Shown: in pieces, positions 51,827-64,000 of the stretch
How the letters are laid out: the number at the start of each line of letters is the position of its first letter
Position numbering within the stretch: the first letter of the stretch is position 1
From: Octopus vulgaris
Taxonomy: Eukaryota
Reading direction: 5' to 3'
DNA length: 64,000 nucleotides
Assembly (NCBI GenBank): GCA_951406725.2
Contig: OX597816.1
Coordinates: 5,828,001-5,892,000, forward strand
Program-made: the position numbers and the translations under genes
The notes under the pieces: model-generated
The model's database searches: none
What the model was told of the DNA's origin: nothing
The model's input: only the letters and a program-made list of their open reading frames with translations

Positions 51827-52286
51827 ACAGCCTACACGTCTGGCCACATATATACTCTTAAAACTTAAAATAATTCGCCCTAGTTATGCTTAACACAATA
51901 TATGGGTTTCTCAATATCTAATTAGCCTACCTAAACCTCAACGACTCATTAATGAATGACTCCTATTCAATTATCTGTCACTAACCTTTTCCCCAATCTC
52001 ACGCCTGCTATCTTTCCTAGTTTTCATTCCTCTATTTCTTTCTTTCTCTCCATTTTCCTCTACTTTCAATTATATTCATTTATGTATTTATTTAAATATT
52101 GATTTTCCTTTATATTTTTCATATTTCAAGTAAAGTATCTTCATGTTATATTTTTTTTGCTTTATTATATATATTTTATATTATATAATTTACATGTTTA
52201 TTTTTATTGTCAGATGTATTTTAAAAGTAGAAATACTATTTCCAAATCTTTCAAAAAGAAACATTCAGTAACAGTTCTTTAAAGTA

Positions 52287-52428
52287 AAGGCTATTTGCCA
52301 ACATAATGTGGCTGTCCTGGGACACAGATAGTAGTCGTACAGCCAGCTAGAAATGATGTTTCTTGCAGCTAAAATAACAGTGACTTCGTCCCTTTCCGGA
52401 CAGCTACATTATGTTAGCAAATAACCTT
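52287..52428. repeat. Short inverted repeat / MITE-like
   Basis: AAGGCTATTTGCCAACATAATGTGGCTGTCC / GGACAGCTACATTATGTTAGCAAATAACCTT; similar arm at ~57768-57799. Confidence 0.7.
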
Positions 52429-52678
52429 CATTTTTAAAATCATATACGTTACATAATATTTTAATATTTTAAATAATATTTTATATATTTTTATATCGTT
52501 TTCATCTTATATACATTATAATTTGTCTCTGCTTTATTAAAAAGTATTATCATACTCTCTCTCTATTCTTTATGCCTGACTTTCTCTTCTTTTCACTTAT
52601 AATTTCCCCCTTTACTTCTTTCTTTCTCTTCATCCTTTTCGTTTTTATTATCTCCTTTATTTACACACGTACATACAC

Positions 52679-52749
<71 letters not shown>

Positions 52750-53827
52750 TAAAACTTAGTACAATGAGAAACTGTTTCCAAATTCAAACGAGAACTTCTC
52801 TGTTTTATATTTTGTATAACAGGTTTTCAAACTATTTAATTCATATACAAAACCACCTAAACTCATACGTTAAAGATATTGAATTCATCAAATATAAAAT
52901 TGGACACGTATGGCAAGATTAATTCCTGCAGAGTAAACAGATGTTTTCATTTATTATCGATTATCTCAAAACGTTCCTTGATGTTCTATAGATCTCTATA
53001 TACAATTCTAACATTGTGCTCGTCACCGCTGTCTTGTATCGTACGCCTGCAGGGCATCGACGACATTACAACGGATCTCTTTCCAGTGAAGCGCCTGTTC
53101 TCCAGCTGTCTTGCCACTTTTATCAAACAAGCTCTTCCTATTGTCCATTCTTTGTCTGCCACTTGATCAACTACTCTCCTCTCATCCTTCCATCATCATG
53201 TTTTCCAGACTTCTGCTTCTTCGAATATGGTCAAATAATAATGAGAACATTGTGAAAAAAACACTTTGCTCACCTACTTGTGTAATATCTTTAAACTCTT
53301 GATAAATCTAAACCAGAGTCTAAAGGTTACAGACTTTGCTTGGCGTGGTTTTCTACAGGAAATATATATCATCACACTTCCGAAGGTGAATGATCTTTAA
53401 CTTAACAATTTCCTGCATACAGACATGTGACGTTCGGAAAACCTCGGTAAAAGTAGAGTTTCTCTATGACGAAGAAACATCGCTCGTCTCCTTTTTACAT
53501 AATACTTTATTCACAGCTAACATATCCAACGTTTCATTTTCATTTTCCCAAGTGAGTAAAATTTTTTCTGAATGGTATTTTTCCAACTAACTTTTCTCGC
53601 CGAGAGACAGCATACAGGAACCTACATTGGATTGTGTAGCACAGTGGTTCTCAAATGGTGTTCTATGAGGGACCATATAAGATTTGGGGCCGGGGTCCAA
53701 GAAGGCAAACTAGTAAATTGGGAATGCACCATAGTAATCAAATGGGTCCATAGATAGTTGAACCCCTTGTATAACAGGCAGTTGATGCACGTCATGAGGC
53801 TCACTACTAATTTTTCAGTAGTATTAG

Positions 53828-54140
53828 TGAAGGCGCATGGCTCAGTGGTCAGAGCGTAGAATTTACGATCGTGAGGTTGTGAGTTCGATTCCCTGACCGG
53901 GCTGCGTGTTGTATTCTTGAGCAAGACACTTTATTTCACGTTGCTCCAGTTCACTCAGCTGTAGAAATGAGTTGTAACGTGACTGGTGCCAAGCTCTATC
54001 GGCCCCTTTGCCTTTCCCTTGGATAACATCAGTGGTGTGGAGTGACTGCTGGCCTTCCACAAACAACCTTGCCCGGACTTGTGCCTCGGAGGGTAACTTT
54101 CAAGGTGCCATCCCATGGTCATTCATGACCGAAGGGGGTC
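53828..54140 (+). mobile_element. tRNA-headed SINE with CORE/V-like central domain
   Basis: TGGCTCAGTGG A box, GAGTTCGATTC B box, TTGAGCAAGACACTTTATTTCACGTTGCTCCAG. Confidence 0.75.
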
Positions 54141-54242
54141 TCCTCACGTTAGTCAACTATTTACTCTTTATAAGCACAAGCAAATCATGTCTGTGCATGC
54201 GTATACAGGTTTTAACACATGCCCATATGTCTGTGTTTATAT

Positions 54243-54616
54243 ATTTCTTTACTACCCACAAGGGGTAAACACAGTGGGGACAAACAAGGACAGACAAATG
54301 GATTAAGACAGACAAACTGGTATTATTTAATCGACCCTGAATGAATGAAAGGCATAGATTAACTCAGAACGTAATGACAGACGAAATACCTATTTCTTTA
54401 CTACCCACAAGGAGCTAAACACAGAAGGACAAACAAGGACAGACAGATGGATTAAGTCGATTACATCGACCCAGTGCGTAACTGGTACTTAATCGACCTG
54501 AATGGATGAAACGCATAGTAGACCTCGGCGGAACTTGAACTCGGAACGTAATGACAGACGAAATACGGCTACGCATTTCGCCCGGCGTGCTAACGTTTCT
54601 GCCAGCTCGCCGCCTT
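54243..54616 (-). mobile_element. Dimeric SINE family B inside one TSD
   Basis: TSD TATGT(C/G)TGTGTTTATAT at 54226-54242 and 54617-54633. Confidence 0.8.
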
Positions 54617-55308
54617 TATGTGTGTGTTTATATGCATGAATGCCTCCTAATCAGATAGTGTGAGATTCAGCAAGTTTCTTTTCCGGTTACATAAAGTTGA
54701 AAACATTACAGACAGCGAATGTAAATGCCGTCTGGAATATATTACCAATCTTGGAACTCCAATTAAATCTGCGAATTTAGCTGCTGTCATTATCTACTGG
54801 AATATCTGTGCTTTCAAAACAAACTTTAGACAATGTAGTATAAATGTCATTTCTACTACGGACGCCTCGATCAATGAAAAACATGATTACAACATTCCAA
54901 ACATCATTTTTTTTCCTCTTGATTCATGCAAAGCAATATTGTATTTCTGGTAAAGCAAGAAATTTATGAGTTGCAGCTTCGTAGCTTTCTGTTATTAAGT
55001 AGAATTAGATGAATAAATTCTATTTCAGATATAGTCATTCCGATGTCTGTTTAGTAAAATGACTATTACAAGAAAGTCGTAATATATTATGAAACTAATA
55101 TTTCTCAAGTGCAAATCTTAATAAAATGTATCGATCACCCCTGAATCAGACTGCTTAATCACGCGTTGCAATAACGCGTGATAAATGAAAATAAAGATAT
55201 CATTTAACAAGCGATATCACATACTAGGAAAGGCGTTAGACTTTGGTTTTGTAAATTAATATCATATTGGCATTAAAAACATACACAAGCACCAAACCTC
55301 CACGCCTG

Positions 55309-55342
<34 letters not shown>

Positions 55343-55391
55343 TAGATAGAGAGACACAGAGAGAGAGAGAGAGAGAAATAGATAGATAAAT

Positions 55392-55442
<51 letters not shown>

Positions 55443-55443
<1 letters not shown>

Positions 55444-55907
55444 GTTTCTTTATTGGCCACACAGGGCTGCACACAGATGGGACAAGTTACAAGGTAGAGC
55501 TTTTCTTTTGGGGGATGAAAAAAAAACAAAAAAGAAAAACAAAAGAAACAAGAAAAAAGGTGGCGTAGGTTTTCGATCAAAAGGGCCGTAAAAGGGAAAA
55601 AAAGAACAAAACATTTTTTTAAAAAAAAGAAGAAAAGGAAAAGGAACAAAAGAAAAGAGAAATCAAAAAAAAGAAGAAAAATGGGGAAAAAAAGGGGGAA
55701 GAGGAAAAAAAACGATCAATAGGGATCGTGTATCACAGTGTTATGATGTATGGTGTAAAGGGGAAAGCAAGTAAGGTTTATCCGTGGGAAGAAAAGCCTA
55801 CGAAAAAGACCACGGTAACCTTGGTCAATATTGTTACATGTTACCACATTTGTTTGCAAGTGGGTAACCCTCTGTTTTCAATTTCTGGGTTCATAGGATT
55901 ATGCTCA
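55443..55907 (-). mobile_element. Probable non-LTR retrotransposon 3' UTR inserted in (GATA)n
   Basis: Minus strand ends AATAAAGAAACT(TATC)n; (GATA)n on both sides; T-rich UTR. Confidence 0.55.
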
Positions 55908-56215
55908 AGATAGATAGATAGATAGATAGAGTCGACGTCATAAGAATTTTAGTAAAACTTTCGAGAGAACATGAATTAATATATATATGAATTAATTCTT
56001 TTTTGGAATATTGGATCTCGAGGCACATCGCATAAAGTTATAAATAATAGCATGTTAACGTTGGCTTTCAATTTTTTTTTATCCTAGATGATTTTTCAAC
56101 GGTATATTTATATGCTGTTACTTACAGTTTTATGCGCTGTGCCTCCAGAACCAAAATTCCAAAAGAGAATTAGATAGATAGATAGACAGACAGACAGCTA
56201 GATAGACAGACAGCT

Positions 56216-56335
<120 letters not shown>

Positions 56336-57164
56336 TGATGCTTGAATTTACGTGTATGAATGTGCGATGGCGTGTAGCCTGCTGGTAAAGTAGTTGGGCT
56401 CACGATAGTAACGTTGTGAGTTCAATTTCTAAAGAGGGTGTGACTCCTTACAAGGCACTTCCTTTCTCGTTGCTGGTAACTGATAATAAGCACTCGTCGT
56501 ATGCTAGTGCAATTCTCTCTCCCCTCTCTCCCTCTCTCTATCTCTCTCTCCTTCGAGTTATTAAAGGTCTCTTTACGGAACCTCCACTACGTGTCATATG
56601 TACGTGTGCGTATGGACCTATACGTCTGTTTCCACTTTCTGATATTACTGTATTGAATGTTTTGTTTTATTTTCCAATTACCTCCTTATTTAGCGAGAAG
56701 ATTTCGAAATTTATCGCTTATATCATTTGTATCGAGACATAAAATTTGTTCGCCCTTTCCAGAAAGAAAAATAGTTAATTTATTACTATGGTATAATAAT
56801 ATTTTTAAGCTAGTTTGTTAAGAATCCTGCACGAAACTGTCGACCGCTGGTTTCGTTAGTTAATTTTACAGCCGATTAAAAAGCAGATACACACATGCAT
56901 ATACATATACATACACACTCACACACACATACACACATATGTATATGTTTATGTATGTACATGCATATGTATATATGTGTGTTTGTGTGTGTATGTATGT
57001 CTGTATCTATGCATGTGTCTGTGTCTATTGTATGTATGTACCTAAGTTAATATGTATGTATGTGTGTGTAATGTATGTATGTACGTATGTAAATGTGTGT
57101 GTATTTATGTGTGTTTGTGTGGGTGTGTGTATGGCTGTGTATACGAGGAGCTGACTTTGCTACT

Positions 57165-57500
57165 ATGCGGTTTCAAGTTCAGTCCCATTGCGCGATAACT
57201 TAGTGACCTCTACTAATGTCCAGCACCGTGCTGACCAATGGCCTGAAAGTGAATTTTGGTGGCCGGAAACAGTACTGAAGCCCGTCGTGTATACATATAC
57301 ATGCGTGTGTATTTTTGTTTGTATCTCTCCCCCGCCACACCGATTGTCGTCCAGTGTTGGTTTGTTTACATTTCCGCAAATATAGAAAAGGCTCCACACT
57401 TAAAAAATGAATAGTAATTTCGATTTATTGAGCTAAGCCCTTCAAACAGCTGCTCCAGTATGGTTGCAGTGCAATGACAGAAACAGCTGGAAGATAAAAG
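57165..57500 (+). mobile_element. Old SINE family A copy
   Basis: Degenerate head and tail. Confidence 0.6.
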
Positions 57501-58517
57501 ATAGACTATACATTTTATTTCTCATGAATTTTCTCGTAAATATATAGATATATAATATGTAAAATTGCATTGCCATCACTAGCTGGCCATTGCCCTGTAC
57601 TGAGGAGGAGAAATAACCCAGAAACCATTGGTCTACAAGTATCACTAAGGCTAGAAAGGGACCAATAAACTCCCTTGATCACAGTATGTGAGCACAAACA
57701 ATGTGTCGGTAGCCAAATGGAGAAGATGATTACCTGGGGCTAAAAAGTTGTAGCATCGTCCTACATGGGACTGCCACATTATGTTGGCAAATAGACTTTA
57801 CTATATATGAGGCTAGTAAGTCAAAGAGACTGGATGTTTTTTATACACTCATGGAGGTTAGCCGACGTTAATAGCCGGTACATGCGACTGCCATACCCAC
57901 CTCGATTCTATGTCCCTACCAACCATAATTTGGAAACTTTATATGCGTGTGTGTGTGGGTGGGAGGGTTGTGTACACAAATAATAAGGGTGACTTATATG
58001 CAATCTAACAAACTAAAGGCAAATTTATAGAAGCCACTAACGTTGCAGAGGATAATAAGTGGTACCAACATTCCTAGAAATAAGAGTCCAAACAATTCAC
58101 TTACTACAGAAGCATCAGCTTGATGACTGATAAGGGGAGACAACTGATCTGGTCATTACCGCTGGGCGGACTTGTCTCTCCTTGACAGTCATTAGGACAG
58201 TGCTTCTACGACGATTGAGTCGTTTTGCCTATTATTTCTTGCCTATTATTTCTTCCACCTAGCACCATCTGTCATGTTAGTGACATCTACATGTAAAGGT
58301 ATCTAATGCTCTTAGCTTAGTCTTTCCTTGGGGCTGGCCAGATTGGAGCAATCTCAAGATTAATCAGCCGAAATTGCGAGGATGATCTAGTTGTTGACTG
58401 AGGATAGAAAGCTTCGAATGACCCGTCCTTTTTCTTTTGTATCGTCTATCTGGATGTTTTGTTGTTCCTTTTTGTATTACCTAGTTGTCCGGGTGCTTTG
58501 CGTTCTTGTCCCTTTTG

Positions 58518-58581
<64 letters not shown>

Positions 58582-58945
58582 CAAAGTATTAAGGAAAGAC
58601 CCTTACAGGTCGTTCAACTCACTTGAAAAGAGCAGCCAAAACTCAAACCGCAAAAATAGTAGTAATTTTGAAAGCTAAAGGAGAAATAAAAGCATTTATC
58701 CTTTTCAACTTTGTACCCTGCAAGGTTTCAACAATTTTTACGCATTCGAACTTAATTAAATTAAATTAAATCCGTTTACGATTGGCTTGTTTCATCAGCA
58801 AAGTCACCAAAAGAAAAGGCGAACATATACACACGAGGCGATACCACTGAAGCCCCGAGTATATATATCCTATTTTCTCACTTGACCGCTGGTTGCAGAA
58901 AATTTTTCTTGAATTTTTTCTTGAATTTTTTGCTACCCTATATTG

Positions 58946-58980
<35 letters not shown>

Positions 58981-59004
58981 TATATATTTTTTGCTTGAAT
59001 TTTT

Positions 59005-59230
59005 TTATTTGTTTCAGCCATTTGACTGCGGCCATACTGGAGCACCGCCTTTAGTCGAACAGATTGACTCCAGGATTATTCTTTGCAAGCCTAATAGTTA
59101 TTCTATCGTCCTCTTTGGGCGAACCGTAGGTTACGGGGACATAAACACACCAACATCAGTTGTCAAGCGATAATGGGGTGAGAAACACAGACACATAAAT
59201 ACACACACACACACACACACATACATACAG

Positions 59231-59261
<31 letters not shown>

Positions 59262-59437
59262 TACATACATATATACGACGGGCTTCTTTCTGTTTCCGTC
59301 TACCAAATCCACTCACAAGGCCTTGGTCGGCTCGCGACTATAGCAGAAGACACTTATCCAAGGTGCTACGCAGTGGGGCTGAACCCGGTACCATGTGGTT
59401 GGTAAGCAAGCTACTTACCACACAGCTACGCCTGCGC

Positions 59438-59438
<1 letters not shown>
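59005..59438 (-). mobile_element. Full-length SINE family A
   Basis: All family motifs present. Confidence 0.85.
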
Positions 59439-59506
<68 letters not shown>

Positions 59507-59639
59507 TAGGAAGGTATGTAAAATAACATGTACATAGGATGTGGATTATATAAAATATTGCATGTGTAGATTAGATGATGTAATTATTCTTATAAATACA
59601 TTCTTTATAACTGTTAATGTTTCTCTGTCAAATGTGTAA

Positions 59640-59665
59640 TATGTACATATATATATATATATATA

Positions 59666-59709
<44 letters not shown>

Positions 59710-59927
59710 TACATAATTAGACGTATATATATATATATATATATGCACTCACAGAAAGATGTAAATATGCACACATACATATGTATATATATAGATGTAT
59801 ACGTATATATATATATATGAATATATATATATATATATGAATATATATACGTGTGTGTATATATAAATGTATACATCTCGCTCTCTCTATATATATACGT
59901 ATATATATACACACACGTATATATATA

Positions 59928-59980
<53 letters not shown>

Positions 59981-60089
59981 GTATACATCTATATATATAC
60001 GCATATGTATGTATACGTATATATATGAACGGCAACGGGAAACTCAGAGTAACAGGTTTTGTTGAATTTTCTGCTGCTTTAAATAAAGT

Positions 60090-60142
<53 letters not shown>
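59640..60142. repeat. Compound (TA)n microsatellites
   Basis: Directly visible. Confidence 0.95.
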
Positions 60143-60144
<2 letters not shown>

Positions 60145-61011
60145 CAGAGAGAGACAAGTAGTGAGTGAAGGAGATGCATCTATATCGACCTAACACCAGT
60201 GTTGATGTTAGAAGTGAAGATTGGTTCCATGCGGTGCAATATTTTCTAATATCGCCATGAAAGGGTACATAAAAATTCATAGGCGCCATTTTGCCATTCA
60301 GTCGAGTTTATTGTATACTACGTTTAATGCATTTTATGTTTCACGTTGCGTTTATAAACTATGTTATTGATATATTCTTCACGAAGAATACACGAAAATA
60401 TTTTCTATAAAATAATAATGTAAGCGTGTGGCTTTCTGTGAAATAGGAACGTTCTTTTCACCTGTTCTTGTAAAAGAATTTCTATATCATGTTGGTTAAT
60501 ACGCTTGACATTCAAGTTTTAAAGGAGACACGTAGTAGTGGAAAGTATTTCTCTCAGATACGAAAATATAATGCCGTAACATAACAGCCATGCACGAAAT
60601 AAATATGATAAATTCTCATGAAAATTTCATGTTCAAGGAAATATATAATGCAATTTACCCACACCACACACGGAATGTAATTATTACAATAGGTTTTTTG
60701 AGTTATTAACGAAGTTATATTCACCTTGGTTGCAGGCAATCGAATTCTCGCACAAAATGACCCTATGGTATCGTCAGCTGCATTCAGATTTTTAAGAATC
60801 TTTGTATTAAGTTGTAATATTTATCCCCACTTTTGTATTAGAACGCAGAATATTGGAATGGTTACCATGAGAGAACCTCTCATATGAAGCTATGGTGCTG
60901 CTAAGCACTTTTGTTTACATCGCTAGCGGAAGTGTTTATAGTCACATGAGAGACTCTTTCATGTATATCTGTCACTATTGACTACATACTAAATGCATAT
61001 ATACAAGAGCA

Positions 61012-61039
61012 TTAGTAGTAGTAGCATTATTATTATTAT

Positions 61040-61071
<32 letters not shown>

Positions 61072-61233
61072 CTTATTTCTATAAAGTAGTAGTAGTAGTA
61101 GTAGTGTTGGTGGTGGTGGTGGTGGTGGTGGTGGTGGTGGTGGTGGTGGTAGCAGTAGTAACAGCAGCAGCTGCAGTAGTAGTAGGGGGAGGAGGAGGGG
61201 AGGGGGAGGAGGGGGAGAAGTATCAGCAGCAGC

Positions 61234-61282
<49 letters not shown>
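61012..61282. repeat. Compound trinucleotide tract (TAG/ATT/TGG/CAG/GGA)
   Basis: Directly visible. Confidence 0.9.
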
Positions 61283-61682
61283 CAATACGTAGTATTTGCT
61301 ACGTACATGCCTACTACATATATACATAGAATGTAGTATGGGATGGTGTATAGTAGTATACACGGCACTAAACACACTTTCTGACAACATGGAAGTTTCA
61401 AAGAGGAACCAGTGAGAAAAACTGACTTTTGAATTTGGTTGTGATTACAGTTTCTATAATGTCGAATTATTGATAATCTCTCGAATCAGAACGTGATCAA
61501 TTTAATATTACGTTGTTGTGCAATTTATTCGACTTCGTGTTCATTTGCAATGCAATAAAAAGTCGATAATTATGGAAACATTAATTCTAAAAATATATAT
61601 TGTTATTCCTTCATTAAATACCCTAAACTCTACCATACACACATACACATAAATGAAGAGATTTCAAGTGATATATATATAT

Positions 61683-62208
<526 letters not shown>

Positions 62209-64000
62209 TATTTTACCCTTCTACATGTTTCAGTCATTTAACTGCGGCCTTGTTGGAGTACCGCCTTGTTTTTAAATGTTTTTTTTAAACCCCAGGACAG
62301 TACTGAACACTGAACATTCGCCATGCTCTTTACTGCTCGCTGTCTAGACCATTACCCCTATATATATATATATTTATGTAAGATTCGGGTAACAACTTTG
62401 TAGAATGCTATGCAAAGCACGTCCACAGTTTTTGGCTACCTGATGTAATCATGCAGTGGAAATGCTTCTGCTACTGCTTATTCATCAGGAATTCCATACC
62501 ATCCGTAAAGTTCATTTATATAGACAAATGATAAACTGCTGGGAACGACGGATCACTTTGGGTATGAATTACAACACTGAATGAAATGGCGGTAGGTTCT
62601 AATGAAAAGCTGATTTAAACAATCGATAGAAGCGTTATTGAGCAACAAATATAAGGTTATTTGTGAGGATTCTCGTGAATGCTACTAGTAACATGGACTC
62701 TAGTACTAGCTGTTGCATGGTCGGGTCGTCAGCGACTAAACCAGTACACACACTAGGGTTGCCTGGAGAGGATGATTTCTTGGAACCCAACAGGGTTAAA
62801 TACAAGACCTGTCAAAAGGACGGATGAACCTTGTGTAGACTCAACAACTATCTAGAAATAACACGGGCCCTCAGAAATTCTGGGTTGGTGTTTGGTGTGC
62901 TGGAGAATCATTATGAGTGAGGCACCTAGTAGCTTTCGTTAAAGCATATCTCTAGAAGCTGCTTAAAACCCTGGCTTCGTATGCTCCGATAACCGATGGT
63001 AGCTTGGTCAGCGAATCCTCCGCGCCAGTCGACAATCGACAGCAATATGGGTTGCTACGGATCATACATTGTGTGTTCATGTGACCGGGAACCACATGTA
63101 AACTTGTGTTTCCATGTCGGAGCCTGCTCAACCCACCCCAGGTGAAGCCGCCGTAAGTACAGGTACAAGTTCAATATAATTATCATATTTTCATTTAATG
63201 GTCGTGGTTTCTCTTCTTTCACAGAAGCAACTGTAAACGAGACCGGTTTAAAATAATTTAGTACAATTAACGACAAGACCAGTCTCAAAGACGGAACCGG
63301 TCTCAAATAAATCTAAGAGTAATAAAAAGGCTCAGACTTATATCCCGTATACGATTATTGTATTGTGTTTGATGAACATCAGTGGCCTATGATCTATTTT
63401 ATATGACGTAGTATTTCATAGCATGGCTGACTATCGTATCTTTAATTCTATTACTAATTCATACCGCGGTAAATTATTATTTGTGATTGTTAAAGGAAAA
63501 CATAGACTGAAGCAATAAATTAAGTGACGTAGAAACGAACAAAACTGCAGCCTGAGAAGCACTCTGAGCAATTCTCTTCACAATGGCGAAATATTGACAT
63601 TGATCGTAAATTCTTTGTTGGTTTTGGTGTTTAATGTTTACATATATCTGAGAGACTAAAAGAATGAGACGTAAACAAATGTTAAACATAACTTCGAATC
63701 ACATCGATGCCGTTTAATATTCAACATCTCTATCGACCAAAAACCACCCTTTGTAGTCGGAAGCTATTATTATGGTAATACCTGAAGCTTATTTAAATTT
63801 CAATAGTCAGAATTGTAGGTTTAATAAGTATTTCTAGGACATAAAAATATGTTGTTCAGTTCTTTTTTTTTACTGTTGTAAAATTAACATAAGCTAATAA
63901 CGTTTCTATTCTCCCTAAACATTCTATTTCAATAGTATATAATACATAGCCAGTTTCTATAGCTTGCAACCAGATTCTAAAGAGAATTTCTCACTTACAT

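Noticed and set aside
53830-53905. tRNA gene
   Set aside because: tRNA-like head continues into a SINE body; no proper acceptor stem or terminator
60993-61401. Poly-Ser/Val/Pro/Thr ORFs
   Set aside because: Trinucleotide microsatellite mosaic
62690-63060. GC-richer segment, possible LINE 5' UTR or ribozyme
   Set aside because: No structure or ORF I could support

Overview
AT-rich, repeat-dominated animal genomic DNA with dense (TA)n/(CA)n/(GATA)n microsatellites and tRNA-derived SINEs. It looks cephalopod/octopus-like, which is an inference from the repeat families. No host gene is confidently identifiable, and most ORF-track entries are microsatellite or antisense artefacts. The centrepiece is a very young Penelope-like retroelement (PLE) with RT, a Cys-rich linker and a C-terminal GIY-YIG, i.e. 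Neptune-type architecture. It sits at ~26274-33950 as a 1.8-unit head-to-tail tandem (period 4270 bp) inserted in a (TA)n tract. Unusually for an EN+ PLE it appears to have two overlapping ORFs: a helical/basic ORF1 and an RT frame that is open 139 codons upstream of its first ATG, joined by a U-UUU-UUU heptamer in the correct phase for -1 ribosomal frameshifting. Each unit carries a CCAAT/TATA promoter and a minimal hammerhead ribozyme with a variant core. Elsewhere there are several more hammerhead relics, CR1, R4/Dong-like and RTE fragments, Helitron pieces (including a helicase C-terminus), mariner-type MITEs, multimeric SINEs bounded by single TSDs, and long palindromes.
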